A DNA stretch of 64,000 bases, taken from the NCBI GenBank assembly GCA_965178125.1, contig OZ237763.1, forward strand, positions 434,001 to 498,000, given 5' to 3'. Under the pieces are notes generated by a model. It had not been told where the DNA came from, ran no database searches, and saw only the letters and a list, made by a program, of their open reading frames with translations. Both the position numbers and the translations under genes were made by a program. The DNA is from Bilabrum cf. latius (taxonomy: Eukaryota). Below are positions 50,478 through 62,752 of the stretch, in pieces; positions within the stretch are counted from its first letter, which is position 1, and the number at the start of each line of letters is the position of its first letter.

Positions 50478-51902
50478 GAATACCGTGCCCCTATTTGCAC
50501 ACTGCGCAAATGGAACTGGTTCATTCGACCATGATACGGCTATGGGTCTGTCGCGGTTCCCTCTGCTGACCGTTGAGAAGTTTCAGGGAGCCTCTGACCC
50601 AAACCATACCGAAGGCCAGTACGCCGAGGAGAGAATCGTGGCCGCGCTAGCGCAAGCCAAGGCGCACAACCCGAGGCAGCTTTCTTTGTTTTACCTCAAC
50701 ACGCTGATTGATTTCAAGTTCTACAGGCTGTACGAGACTACGCTCGCTAATCCCGATATGCTTCTGAAGGATATCCACGGTGACCGGGTGACAGTGAAAG
50801 AATTCCCCGTATTTGACGTAAGTCATCAAGACTAGGCATATACGCGTAATTCTCCAGATGCTCACGCCAACGCTGTAACACCCCACATTCGAAATTTTCA
50901 ATCCCCCCGCAGCTCCGCCGCAACGACACCAGGAAAGCGTGGCTAGACACCGTGCGCTACGCCATGACCAAGGCTCCCGGCCACGAGGCTGTGGACGGAG
51001 TATTCGGTGACAGAGGCAGAGGCAGCGCCTTCGTCGACCTGAAGCACGCCAAGCTCACCAACGCCACGCGGGCGGCGTGGGATCGCGGCCACCTGCAGCT
51101 GCTGGCAGACGCGCAGGCGCTGATCGACGAGCTGTCCCCCGGGGAGGGTGGGGGAATCCTGGTGCTGAACGGGAGGGATATGCCCGGCGTGAACGGCCGC
51201 ATGTACGAGAACTTCACCTGGGACGATTCCAAGGCAGTTCCCCCCGGTGACGACCTTGCGATCCTGCAGAAGGAGTGGCCTTGGCACTACCCCGAGGCCC
51301 AGCGCGCGGGGAACAGCGACACCAATGACGGTGGTGGTGGTGGTGCGGGGCTGGGCGAGGGCCCGTACCGTGTGGCCGAGGTGCACAGCGACGACTGCCC
51401 GAACGGGTACAGCGGCAAGTACAACGTGACCCTGACTGCCTTCCTGGTGGGAGCGTCGAACCGGAGCTACTACGGCTGCACTGAGACGTGGGCATGCGAG
51501 GGGGGCTGGCTTGTGCCCCGAGCGGAGTACTCGCAGCCTCTCGGCCTGCCCAAGGGGCCGCCCACTAGGGAGCTAGCCATGGGTGATGGAGATGGAGATG
51601 GCGTTGGTGATCCGTTTGCCGGCGCGTGGGGAGGGGAGGCGTCGTGCGGCTCCCTGGCCGCTGCCATGCCGAGGGAGGGCAGAGAGGGGGGCTCGCACGG
51701 GTGGCCCACGGAGGGCGCGGCGCCGGTACGGTTCCGCAGGGAATTCGGGGCGGGCACGGTGGCGTATCTGCAGCAGGAGGGCGGCAGCCAGCAGTGGGTG
51801 GCGCCCTGCATCCTGTGGTCGTCGGGATTCCGGACCGGTGCGGCGGCGGACTGCGCAGCCTACGACTGCCTGGAAAGGGCAAGGCATTCCAATGTTTAGT
51901 AA
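50478..51902 (+). CDS. Putative glycoside hydrolase (GHL15-like); 5' exon(s) unresolved
   Basis: NTVPLFAHC, LSRFPLLTVEK, LFYLN, LLKD..G, VFD|LRRNDTRKAWL (intron 50818-50912, GTAAGT..CGCAG), DGVFGDR, FLVGA...YYG, PLGLPKG, FRREF; ends TAG-TAA-TAA. Confidence 0.6.
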
Positions 51903-52279
51903 TAATTGTTGCTTCTGTCAATGTGCGGTTGATGTGACTGTCACCTGAGGCACGCTGGTCGTTTGGGTGAACTTTTTGAGTAACGTGACATCAGGCAGAA
52001 TCTCCGATCCTCGCGCGACTCTGGGTGGAGCTACGGCCACACCAACAGGTACCACGCCAGTGTCACGATGGCAATCGAGGCATAGCAATTATCGCAAAAT
52101 TGAAGCTCATACATCGGTTGGATCGTGAGACTGCACGCATATAGCAGCGCCCGTGCGAGTTCCGTACTGCGACTGTACGCTATACTCTCTGACGGGCCAT
52201 ATTCTTCGCCTCTCAGGCATCAAACAGTAGAGTTGCAGATCATTCAGATAGAGCATCACTGATTGGCGCAACTGTTGTG

Positions 52280-55200
52280 ATGAATTTGCGCAGATGTGTC
52301 CTCCCCTGTGCTTTTTCGATTGGCTGTGGCAGCCTGAGTTCCAGCTTGTCCTTGCTGGCCTTCATGTCCGTCCTAGTACAAATGGTTATGGCTATGTCTG
52401 CATCAGCACATATTTGTAGTTTGCCTTTCAATGTGTCTAGGTCGGTTGGAAGCTTGCAGGCTCGCGTTGACTGGCCGCCGTCCGGGGCACGCGCCGAAGC
52501 TCGACTGCCGCCCCTTGCACAGAATGGATCTCGCAGCGGGACACTGTGGGTGGGAATAGTATCACAGAATACTCCAAGCGCCGCGGGTTAGCCTGCATGG
52601 AGCTGCAGCTAGACTCCAACGAAGAGCTACGATGCCTCAGTACGTGACGGCTCATGTCTCAAGTTTATCGCGAAGGCCATTATCTTGGACAACCCGGGGG
52701 ATGAAAGCTCGTCGATACAATCTAATGATACGCTGAAGCCGTTTTGGAGCAGTAGACAAACAACAGCGGCTATCGAGGCGTTCGTACTGGCTCCGAAAAC
52801 TGAGCTGGCGCGACCGTGGCTGCCACGCCCATCCTTTGTCGATGATGCACAGCAGCCAAATGCATTGCTCAACTACACCTCTGGTTGGGCTAGAAATCCA
52901 TCGCTGGCATCCGACATTCGCCTGGCTACAGAAGCTACGATGCATTCGGGCGAGAGCGACCACAACAATGCTACGAGCGTAGCCCTATCGTTGCCTCTTT
53001 CCTTGCTGGACTTTGTTTCAAATGAGGCGACTTGGGATTGGCGACAAGGCTTACGAATTGGCTATGAGTGCATAAAGCCGGCTGGTGGCATCCAGTCTTT
53101 CGGGGAGGCGGTAGCTTTCCTTGCTTCCAGCAATGGATCCCTCGGAGAAGGAAGCGACTTCGCCTTACCAACATGGACTGCTTAGAAGGCTGTTTCTATG
53201 AATCCAACTGTCGGGTAGCTGCTACGTCCACCAGTACACAGCGTTCCGCGTGTCAAAGTCGGCAACCAAAGCAGATCGAATGCTGATCACGACGCTCTCG
53301 CCGTGATCTCGGCCGGATCCAGGCACGCCTGTGGTGTAGTTGCCGGAACAGGCGATGTGGTGTGCTGGGGAGATCACTCGGGCGGGGCTACTGGAATAGA
53401 ACCATCTTCCCGGGTCGAGTATGCCGGTCCAAGAGACATCGGCAGCGTGGCCCTAGGCCCTGGCATGCGGGCCAGGGACGTTTGCGCGGGGCTCGATTCC
53501 ACTTGCGTTGCCCTTGACAACGGTGGTGTCACATGCTTTGGGAGAGGGTCTGACTCGTGGATGGGCCTAAGAAGTGAGGCCTCCAACGAAGCACCGTACC
53601 GTCGTCCAGTAGTCCACTTCGAGTCACCGGTGGAGAGACTATCCTGCTGGGCCTATCACGGTGTGGCAGTCCTGAGGGATGGAACGATGAGAACGTGGGG
53701 TGGCAGTGGACCCTACGGCTAGCTGGGGCGCGGAGGTGTCGTGAGAAAGGACGACACGTTCACGCTTGCAGACCCAGTCACACCTGACCTCGACTACGCG
53801 GAGCAGGGCGGGGTGCTTGATGCGTGTGCGATGCTCTATGCCACCGCCGTGCTGTTCAAGAACGGGAGAGTCAAGACTTTTGGGGAGATGCGACAGGGGA
53901 GCATTATCCCGGACTATGACGATGACTTGATCGGCCCGCCTGACACCAAGGTCATCACTGCTCCCCGCTTGCTGGACCCCGTGAACCTACTCAACGGGTC
54001 TTTGGTGGAAAGCATCTCTTGTGGGGCTTTTCATGTGTGTGCAGTCCTTCGTGATGGTGCTGGGAGCATCTGCTGGGGCCTCCCGAACCCTGTAGGTTAG
54101 ACGTGCCGTGGCGGAGCTTGCAACAGCTACTAGCCCGAGACGCTATCGGCCATTGAGTTTCCCCCGGACATGGGCCGCATTGTTCAGGCAGATGCATCGC
54201 CTGAGAATTCATGCTTCCTCGATGACCATGGGTAGATTCTGTGCACAGGTGAGACTGTGACCGGGGTGGCGATGGCAGCTGAGGGCCTATCACCGCTGAC
54301 ACAGGATGCGAACGACAGCCTGATACTCGACCTGGGCGAGCCAGCATAGGACCTGGCCTGTGGCACAAGGTTCTGCTGCGCGATATTGCAGAGTTTAAGA
54401 GTGCGCTGCTGGGGGCAAGGCACCGAAGGTCAGCTCGGCAACGGTCAGCGTACCTTGTACGGGGACGATGAGCCCATTTCTGCGTCTCCTCCGGTTCCGA
54501 TCGGGCAGGAGTTTGCAGTAGCTCAAGTCGACGTCGGGGGTGTGCACGTGTGTGCGCTTGGTATGCAGGGTCAGATAAGGTGCTTTGGATCAGTCAGTGA
54601 CTACGCATCTGGTTTCATGCCAAACGATGACGAGGGTATCGGTGTCGTCTTAGGCGACGACGAGCACGCCAGGCGTGGCAGGCCTGTGGAACTACCTCCA
54701 GACAAAGAAGCAGTGCAGGTGTGTGCTGCCGCGGGATATGGATGTGCCGTTGTGCGCCCCATATCATCGCTTAGTCGGAGTATGACTAGGCATGACGATG
54801 ACTGGGTGTCGCTGCGGTACGGTCAAGCTCACATAACGGGGTTAGAAGCGTCTCAGTCAGATTAGAGCGAAAACGATCTGTACTGCTGGGGCACGTTGCT
54901 TCAGGTTGGGAACGGAGACTTCACTGCCGTTGATCCCAGACCCTCCAAGGTTCCGCTCCCAACAGGTAACATCTCGTGGCTGGATTGCGCAGAAAGGTAG
55001 GTCTGTGTGACGGGTTCCAATGGCACGTTCTGCTTCGGGTACTTCTGGTACCCAAATCCGGATTTTGTGACGCAGACAGCCGACTTTGTGTTTAGCGCAA
55101 TTGCTCCTGCAATTCCACAGTCTGTGCATGAGAACATTCCTGCAGTCTGGGTGGATGTGGCAGTTGGGGCGTCCCATACAGTAATGATCTCGGACGTGGG

Positions 55201-58200
55201 GCACGTGTACTTTTTTGGGACGATTCCAACCGGATTTGACACGCCAGGTCCCCGCATATATGTTGTTGCTGACGTCAACCGCCTGGAGATGCCAGAGGGG
55301 AGGAGGGCAGTAAGGGCGTGCTCTGGTGTGTCGCACTCGTGCGTTATTTTGGAGGGGGGAAAGCTGCTGTGCTTTGGCAGCAATGATATGGGGCAGCTTG
55401 GTTTTGGAGTCGCTGGCGCCTTCATGCCTGGAGCACCGCTCTATAGCGTACCCTTTGTCGATTTCGGGGATCGTTCGGCGTTTGCAGTCGACGTATCATG
55501 TGGATCGTCTTTCACGTGCGCGATAGTTATTGTAGAAGGAACTCGTCGGGAGATTCGTTGCTTCGGATCGAACGACAATGGCCAGCTTGGCCGATCTACG
55601 GCCACTAAATCGGATAGCATTGATACAACGGTTGCTTCAAATCACGTTAGCCTGGGTGGTAGAATACCAGAGTAGATCTCATGTGGCCTCACAACAGCTT
55701 GTGTCGTTCTGTCTGGAGGTGCGGTCACATGCTGGGGAACAGCAGTGTCGGTGTAGCCAGAGCGCTTGCTGGGTAGGGGGCAACCTCTCCCAGAGGGTCG
55801 TTGGGCGGCGAGCACGAGGTCTTCGCTGGTGCAGTTCGGTCGCCGACGACCTGCTGTTGTGCAGCTGCCCAGTGGCGAAAGGTCCTAGGATTCAGAATGC
55901 AGCGACTTGGAGCAAGACGTCGCATTCTTGAGGGGGACTGGTTGGCTTCTTTCTTCGCCCTCCGGTGCCAGCACTGTTGCAGTTGTCTCTGGTCCTGGCC
56001 CGTGTAACCCTGCATCCGCGTCTCTGGCATTCGGCACGGCCGAGGCGTTTCAATTGAACGGATGGCAGCTACGAGAAGGGATTTCTGGGGGATTGCAGGC
56101 ACTGTTGGGGTCATTTGGTTTTGATGAAGTGTCTAAGACGTATCTTGGGACGTTTGTTGGACGCCAGTTGATCGTTCCAGGAACATCGTAGATCGTCTCA
56201 GAACGGAGCCAGCAGTGCGACACTTTGGACCAGCAGGTCTATGCGGATTCTTTCTCGAGCCTCTTAGATAGCATTGCTTTAAGCGTCTAGGCTTTGACGA
56301 GCGATGGGCTTGTGGCCACTGCAGGCGGTTCCAGACTGAAGCTGTCGTCGCCCATTTTGGAGCTGCTGCAGCACCTGCGGCCAAACGCCGTACCCGAAGG
56401 TGTACAGTTGCAAGTTCGATCTGCACCCGCAACAGATTGCAACTGGAATGCACAAGACGGCATCGTGTGCATGAGCCCGCCTGGGTATGGCGAGTCAAGT
56501 CCGACCACAGCATGTCTACCTGGGCTTGCACGACGTTCTGGGCACTTGCTAGGACCAGCTGCCCAAAATAGCAGCAGCGCTGCGTGCACTCACGCAGGGC
56601 ATCTATCCTTCCTTGCGCCGTAGGTGAGGCGCATATCACCTTCTGCAGGCTTGATTCCGTGCCCATTCAATCGCAGTGCATCAGGCTGCGGAGATATTGA
56701 GCAGGCTGAGCTCGGGGGATTCCTTATTCGACTAGTAGGGTCTGGTTTCGGTCCACTGCGAGAAAAAGATGGCTTTCTGGTTTTGATTGGTGACCAAGCT
56801 TGCATGGACGCGCGGGTAGAGTCAGATCTGGAAATTGCTTGCGTGCTTCCACATTTGCTTGGTGACGATTGGCCGGTTACGGTGCTTGTAGGTGGGCAGA
56901 CCAGCGAAGGTCCCACGGTTTCCTTTGCCACCCCTGTAGTGCAAGCCGTGAGTCCCAGCGCCTTGATGCCTTCGAGTTTCGGTGGAAAGATAGCTGTGGT
57001 GATGTAGACACGCGGTCTTGCACCGACTTTATTGCAGTCTGTAGAGATTGGGGGCTCTGCATGCGACTCGGTGGCATTGGGTCCCGAAGGTTTGCTTCGA
57101 TGTGATCTCCATCTACCCGAGTCATTCAATGGGACGGATGGGTCATCAATAATAGTGCGTTCTGCGATGCGTGCTGGTGCAAGTGGCTGGAATAGCACCG
57201 TTGTATCCGTTTCTGCCCCCGAGCTGCTCGAGCTTGCGCCTCCTCCCTCGATCTTTGAAATCATCACGTTCGGGGTCCCGACGTCTGGTATGCTGCGGAC
57301 TCCCATTGGAGTCGCTGGGGCGGGACTTGGATTTAGCGGAGACGATATTCAAGCTGTTCTTGTCAACAAAATACCCTTGAACTCCTCGGCTTGGCTTTGG
57401 AGAAGCCCGAATCGGGTAGAGCTACTGGCGGTGCCGCCAGGAGTGGGGACAGGTATCGTGCGGATCGTCACCTCTCAAGGACTGCAGTCAAACGAGGACT
57501 TATTTGAGTATGATAGCGCGCAAGTTGAGCTCATTTCGCCCGACTACATGCTAGCTGGGCAGCAGAACGCAACTGTGGCTGTGTGTGGGAACGGGCTGCC
57601 TCGAGAAACTTCAAGCATAGTCTCACTCGTGATCGGAGGCACGGACTGCCTTGAAGCAAACGGGCGCATCTAGATCACGTCTCTGCTTGGTTCGGCAAGG
57701 GATTTCTCCGAGAGCTGTGTTGAGTGTTAGGGTTTCGACGCGCCAACTCTGTGGGCTGAGCCAGACGATGTTCGCATCCGACTGGCTGACTCTGCTTCAA
57801 GTGCCAAACACGCCACCAGTGAGTTCCTTGATACTACCACGCATGCGAAGAGCAATTTATGGATTAACCAGACTGGTCGGTTTAGGGGCGAGCCGGCGCC
57901 AGTCATTAAGTCGTTGTCCTATGCTTCAGCGACGGTGGATGGCGGCGAGATAGTGCAAGTGTTCGGCTCCGGGTACGGAAGGTCGGAGCGGGACATCGCG
58001 AGAGTAAGGATATGCGATAGGTGGATAAATGCAGTCGTAGACAGATCTACTGGAATTGCCAACAATGTCACGACCGTTTGGTTGTCACCTGGTGAGATGG
58101 CCGTGGCGCTACCGCCGGGAGTCGTGTCCTGCGAGGTCCTGATCGAGTCAAGCGCCGGTCTCTAGGCACGATCCGGATCCAATGTAGTACGCCAGTCACC

Positions 58201-61200
58201 GTCAATCGAAGTGGTACGGCCGTCTTACATACTAGCGGGTGATGATCTATCCGATCCTACTTCTAATCTGATCGCATGCGGCAGCGGTCTGTTGCCTCTC
58301 TCGTGGCAAGATTCTGGAAATTTGGCGCACGACCTAAGTCAAAACTCGTCGGTTGTATCGATGAGAGTGCTAGGGATCGAGTGCTTGAGTATAGCTTCGA
58401 TTAACAGTAGCTGTATTCGCTGCGATGGCCTATCTGACCGTGTTCCAAGCGACATCCCTTCCGCGGCATCTACAAGTGCCATGCTGGTGCGATCTGGAGA
58501 CAGGACTGCGGGGGTATCTCCCCAGGTGTTTTCAGCCGTGTCTCGTCCCAGCGTTGCAACATTAAGCCCACCCTAGCTTCCGAAGGACCTAGACGAGGCC
58601 GTATTGTACCTAGGCTCCGGGTTTGGAGAGACTTCTGACGACCTCAGTGCCCTTTACATGCTGGCCGATGACGCAGGCAGCGGCGCGCTGACTCGCCTAG
58701 CAGCGAACTTGGCAATCGAGAGCTCTGAATCACAGTCGTTTAGTGAAATCATGCAACAATTGAGGCAGCCCAGTCAACTGACGCGTTGCACTTCCTCAAG
58801 GCATGTATCCCCGTCTCTTGCGGAGTGCGTACTGGATTTGAACCACCCGCTCAGGCTACTGGCGCAGATGTACGCTGTCGGTAATTTGACCGCGCTCTTG
58901 CCACCGTTCGCTCGAGCCGTCGCATGCAACAAGCACGGAGTATGCTCTGTGCCAAGTGAAGCCGTAGTACAATTGTCGCAAGCATCCGTGTCATTCCCGC
59001 CCCTGTTCGTGCCTTGGGACGTTCGCGTGCAGAGGTCTGTGGGCCAGTCCGCTGTGGATGTGCAGTGGTGGTATCCAACGGAGGCAGCAGAGTCAGCTGC
59101 ACTTGGACAGGTTCCTAGCGCCTCGGCATTGCACACGACGGCCAAGTATTTCGTTGTGGAGTCGATAGAGTTGAAGCAGAGCTCACGCAATGCGTCAGAG
59201 TTCTATACCGTGGCGGGCAGTAGGCAAACTGTGGCAGTATTCGCAAGATCGCGGACTCTGACAGCCAAAGGTACTGTTGATTTGCAGCACCCAGACGTAC
59301 TGACTGCGCTAGGTTCGCCTGAATACTGCAGTCTCGATCCAACTGTATCAGCTGATGCGCTAGGCAGCGTTCGGCGTATTGCGATTGCGGATTTGCAGTC
59401 GTCAGAGCCAGGCCCATGGCAGCTCGGTGAGCACTTGTCAGCTGCAAGGCAATCAGCCTTGCGTCATTGGGTACAGGATGGCGTGCAGCTGCATCGCATT
59501 GCAGCGCCTCTTGCCAGTGATGGAGCGTTTGCAATCCGAATTTCAGCCACTGACTAGTCCGGATACGTGCTGTAGCATGGGCCTTGGAGCCGCCCTAGTT
59601 TGCCACAGTGCGCGCAGTCTCAGTTTCTGGACGCAGTCGCTTGGAATGATAGCTAGTCAACGGCACCCTGCAGTGGTCCTGTTCTGCTGCCATTTGACGT
59701 AGATGATGGAACGGATCAACAAACGCGAGGCACCTCGTCGTCTGTTGTGGTGACAACAGACACTGGCAGCTCCCCTGCCGGTAAAAGCAATCAAGTCGAT
59801 AGCAGTTTGCAGTGTTTCTAGTGTCCCTCAGACCAGGCAGACTGCAGTGGCAGAGCCAGGAATCAGATCGAACCACTACCAGGGTACTGGAGGGTACCAT
59901 GGGCTGCAGTCCCGGACCTTGCATTTGCCACGTGCCCACACCCCTGGCGCTGCGCTCCACAGCCGCTCCATAGCGTCGCAAACGGTGAAGCTAGTGGCGT
60001 ATTGCCTGGCCAGTCTTCGCGTCCAGTGCAGGAAACGGTGCAGGCAAGCAATAGACCAGTGGACAGCCTTGATACACTGGAGGCCATCCTGTCTTAGCCA
60101 GATTTCCTTTCATTTGCAGCCGCTTTCGAAGTCTAGCTGGCGCAGAACGAGTCTGACAACTACGCGAAACCGCTCGTGTGTGCCGAGGGGTACACTGGTG
60201 TGCTATGCGAATCCTGTGCGGCGGGATACGTCAGGTTGCTGTTTGGATCGTGCGGACCGTGCCCTAGCCGGTCCACTTCTATCGGCATCGCCTTCGTGGT
60301 CTGCGTGGCCATGCTGGCCTTCTACGGCGCACTAGTCGCGCGTTCCCACTGCAATGCGGTGCAGCGCACTCGGCGACAGGACGAGGTGGCTGCAAATTTC
60401 AAGATCTCAAGTGCACCCGTAATCTTGACGGAATCGTATACCCCTGCAAAGTCGAGCGGAGTTGCGAGCGAAGTTGCGGGAGCCAGGGGCACGGTCCACC
60501 AGAATGTCAGCAGCACAAGTGGCTCGACTAGAATCAACACTCGGTCACGCAAAGAGACCCCAGAAGAAGCCCTCCGTCGTCTGAGGTCCTCCTCGATCCT
60601 CAAGGTGATCCTCGGTCACCTGCAGATGCTAGCAATGTGCGCCATTGTGGATGCAGGGTGGCCAAACCTGCTCGAGTACGCCATTGTCGGTGCGACCACA
60701 GCGTCTTCTGTGGGGGCCTAGGTCGTCGCCCCTATGTGTCTGCTGCCTCAGGAGGACACCCGTTTGGGGCTAGACGGCCAAATGGAGGAAGGGATCTGGT
60801 TCGGCCGCAGCAGTCTTTACTACAGTAGTGCAGCTATCCTGGTACTGCCAGTGGTGCTGCTAGGTGCCGTGGTTGTAGGCGCTGCGGTGCTGCAAGCCGT
60901 GTCGGGCTGCAGGCAGTTGGGCTTTCGGACTTGCTGCAATGCATGGACGGTTCCAGTCCGCCTTTGCTTGCAGAATTGCGGGGTGCTTTAGAATGGGGGT
61001 CATCAAATGGTCCCAATCCCGATCCGTGATCGCGCAATCATTGCAGGCGCCTCGCAAGCTAGAAGGCTGCAAGCTATTGCCGAGCACTATGCCGTGGAAG
61101 AGAAAGACGTGGCAGTTGTACCTGCAGACCGCGCCAGTGGAGATGAAAACAGGGATGTTGTCGCTTTCGGCCAGCGAGAAAGGGACGGCTCAATCTCTGT

Positions 61201-62752
61201 TGCTATGGGAGACGAGATGGTGGCAGTGGCCGACGGGGTGCAAGATCACATCGATTATGACGAGAATCGGCTGGCATCACTTGCGAATGAAGAAAGCGTT
61301 CAAGACTCGTCGAGTAAGCAGCAATCACGGCGCACCATTGCCGCTCGGGTTCGGGTTCCCGATTCGCTGAACGAATTTCAACCATCAGTTCCCCTGCGCT
61401 TCTGCTACGCCTCTATCACTGTTGCCTTTCTGGCGTACAGTACCATGACGACAGCTGCTCTTCGTCTCCAGGCCTGTGTATCTGTAGGAGCCGACCGCAG
61501 CGAGCTGGCTCGCTTCGAAGGCTCGTCTGTTTAGCACGATGGGTCCGAAGGCAGCCAGCTCAGAATGCTGTTCGAGCTGGACGTACGCTGCGACGATAGC
61601 AAGTCGACGAGTTTGCGATAGGCCATGTCTATTCCTGTGCTGCTGCTGGTCTCCCTCGGTCTGCCTCTCGTGGCTGTACTATCCATGGTGTTCACCGGGA
61701 TCTAGCAGGTCCCGCGCTGGCATTGTGTCATGGATCATGAGCCTGTTGGGCGACGCTCGGCGGCGATCTATCGATACTTGTGGGGTTTCCTGACTGTCGG
61801 TATGCGGTCCGGTTTCGACTCGTGGGAGGCCGTAAACATGACCCGCAAAGCACTGGCAGGCTGTGCTGTAGTTTTCTTGGCTCCCAGCGGGCCCTTCATG
61901 CAGCTCGCAGCAATGCTAGGTGTCACAGTCAGTTTCTTGCTCTTGTAGGTAGGGGCTGCTCCCTACGACCACGCTTTGCTGAATCGTTTGCAGCTGGGGT
62001 GCTAGGGTCTGTTGGTTGTCACCCTTCTGGTCGCGCTGGCAGGCGTGGCTGACGCTGACAGTGGTTTGGTGCAGGTGCTGGGTGGCTTCACAACCACGGC
62101 ACACGTCGCTGTGGTTCTATTTGGTCTGTATGAGGTGGCGCTCATCGGCAGCATGGAGTTGGGGCTTTCAAACTCCTTGAGAACCTGCTAGGTTTTGAGC
62201 GTGTGCAGCTCGTGCTACAAATGTTCTCTGTGCGGCGATGTTCCCGACGAATGCAAGAATCAAGAGGCAAGACAGTCTGATGAAACGTAGCGTGTGCCTG
62301 GTCATCGAAACGGTCTTGGTGGTCCGAGACGACGTGCGGGAAACAGAGGGGGTGATGCTGGTGAAAGCGACTAGATTCAGTCAATGACTTCTAATCCTGT
62401 GGCTGGTGGAAGGTACAGAAATCCGCTGAGATTGGGCGAAACGACAGTATCTCCTATAGTTGCGGTCTCATCAGGGCACGGACAGGATGCTCGCACTTCG
62501 CGGGCTTCCGAACACAGTAGATCCGCTCGTGAGTGGGGTTCCGCTGGAGATATGGCCGCAAGCCAGACGGGTGAAACCGTGAACTCACTCTCCGCTTCTA
62601 TTGGTCCACTCGACCCGCCCACTGCGTTAGGGAGCCGTGCAGATCGCGTCAGACTTGTAAACAGTGCTCGTGTGGGGTCACTGGCGCCAGACTCAAAGGG
62701 CGTGAACCCAATGATCCGCGCTCTGGGCAAGTCCGCAGACCGTGAGTGTTGA
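52280..62752 (+). CDS. Large surface protein ~3,490 aa: signal peptide, RCC1/BLIP-II beta-propeller repeats, IPT/TIG repeats, Cys-rich segment, multi-pass (~9) TM module
   Basis: All main ORF-track pieces from 52277 to 62384 lie in frame 2. About 38 in-frame TAGs and no TAA/TGA until TGA 62750. Motifs CWG...GQLG, ISCG..H.C, GSGFG, CAEGYTGVLCESC, WGFL..G.....WEAVNMTRK. Confidence 0.88.

Noticed and set aside
1081-62752. Fragmented ORFs read as pseudogenes or as operon-like strings of small genes
   Set aside because: Breaks are only TAG, frames are preserved with no frameshifts, and domains continue across them; decay would also give TAA/TGA and indels.
52280-62752. Pyrrolysine insertion or programmed read-through as the explanation for TAG
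   Set aside because: Too many TAGs per gene, varied 3' contexts, eukaryotic introns, and motif positions that call for Gln.
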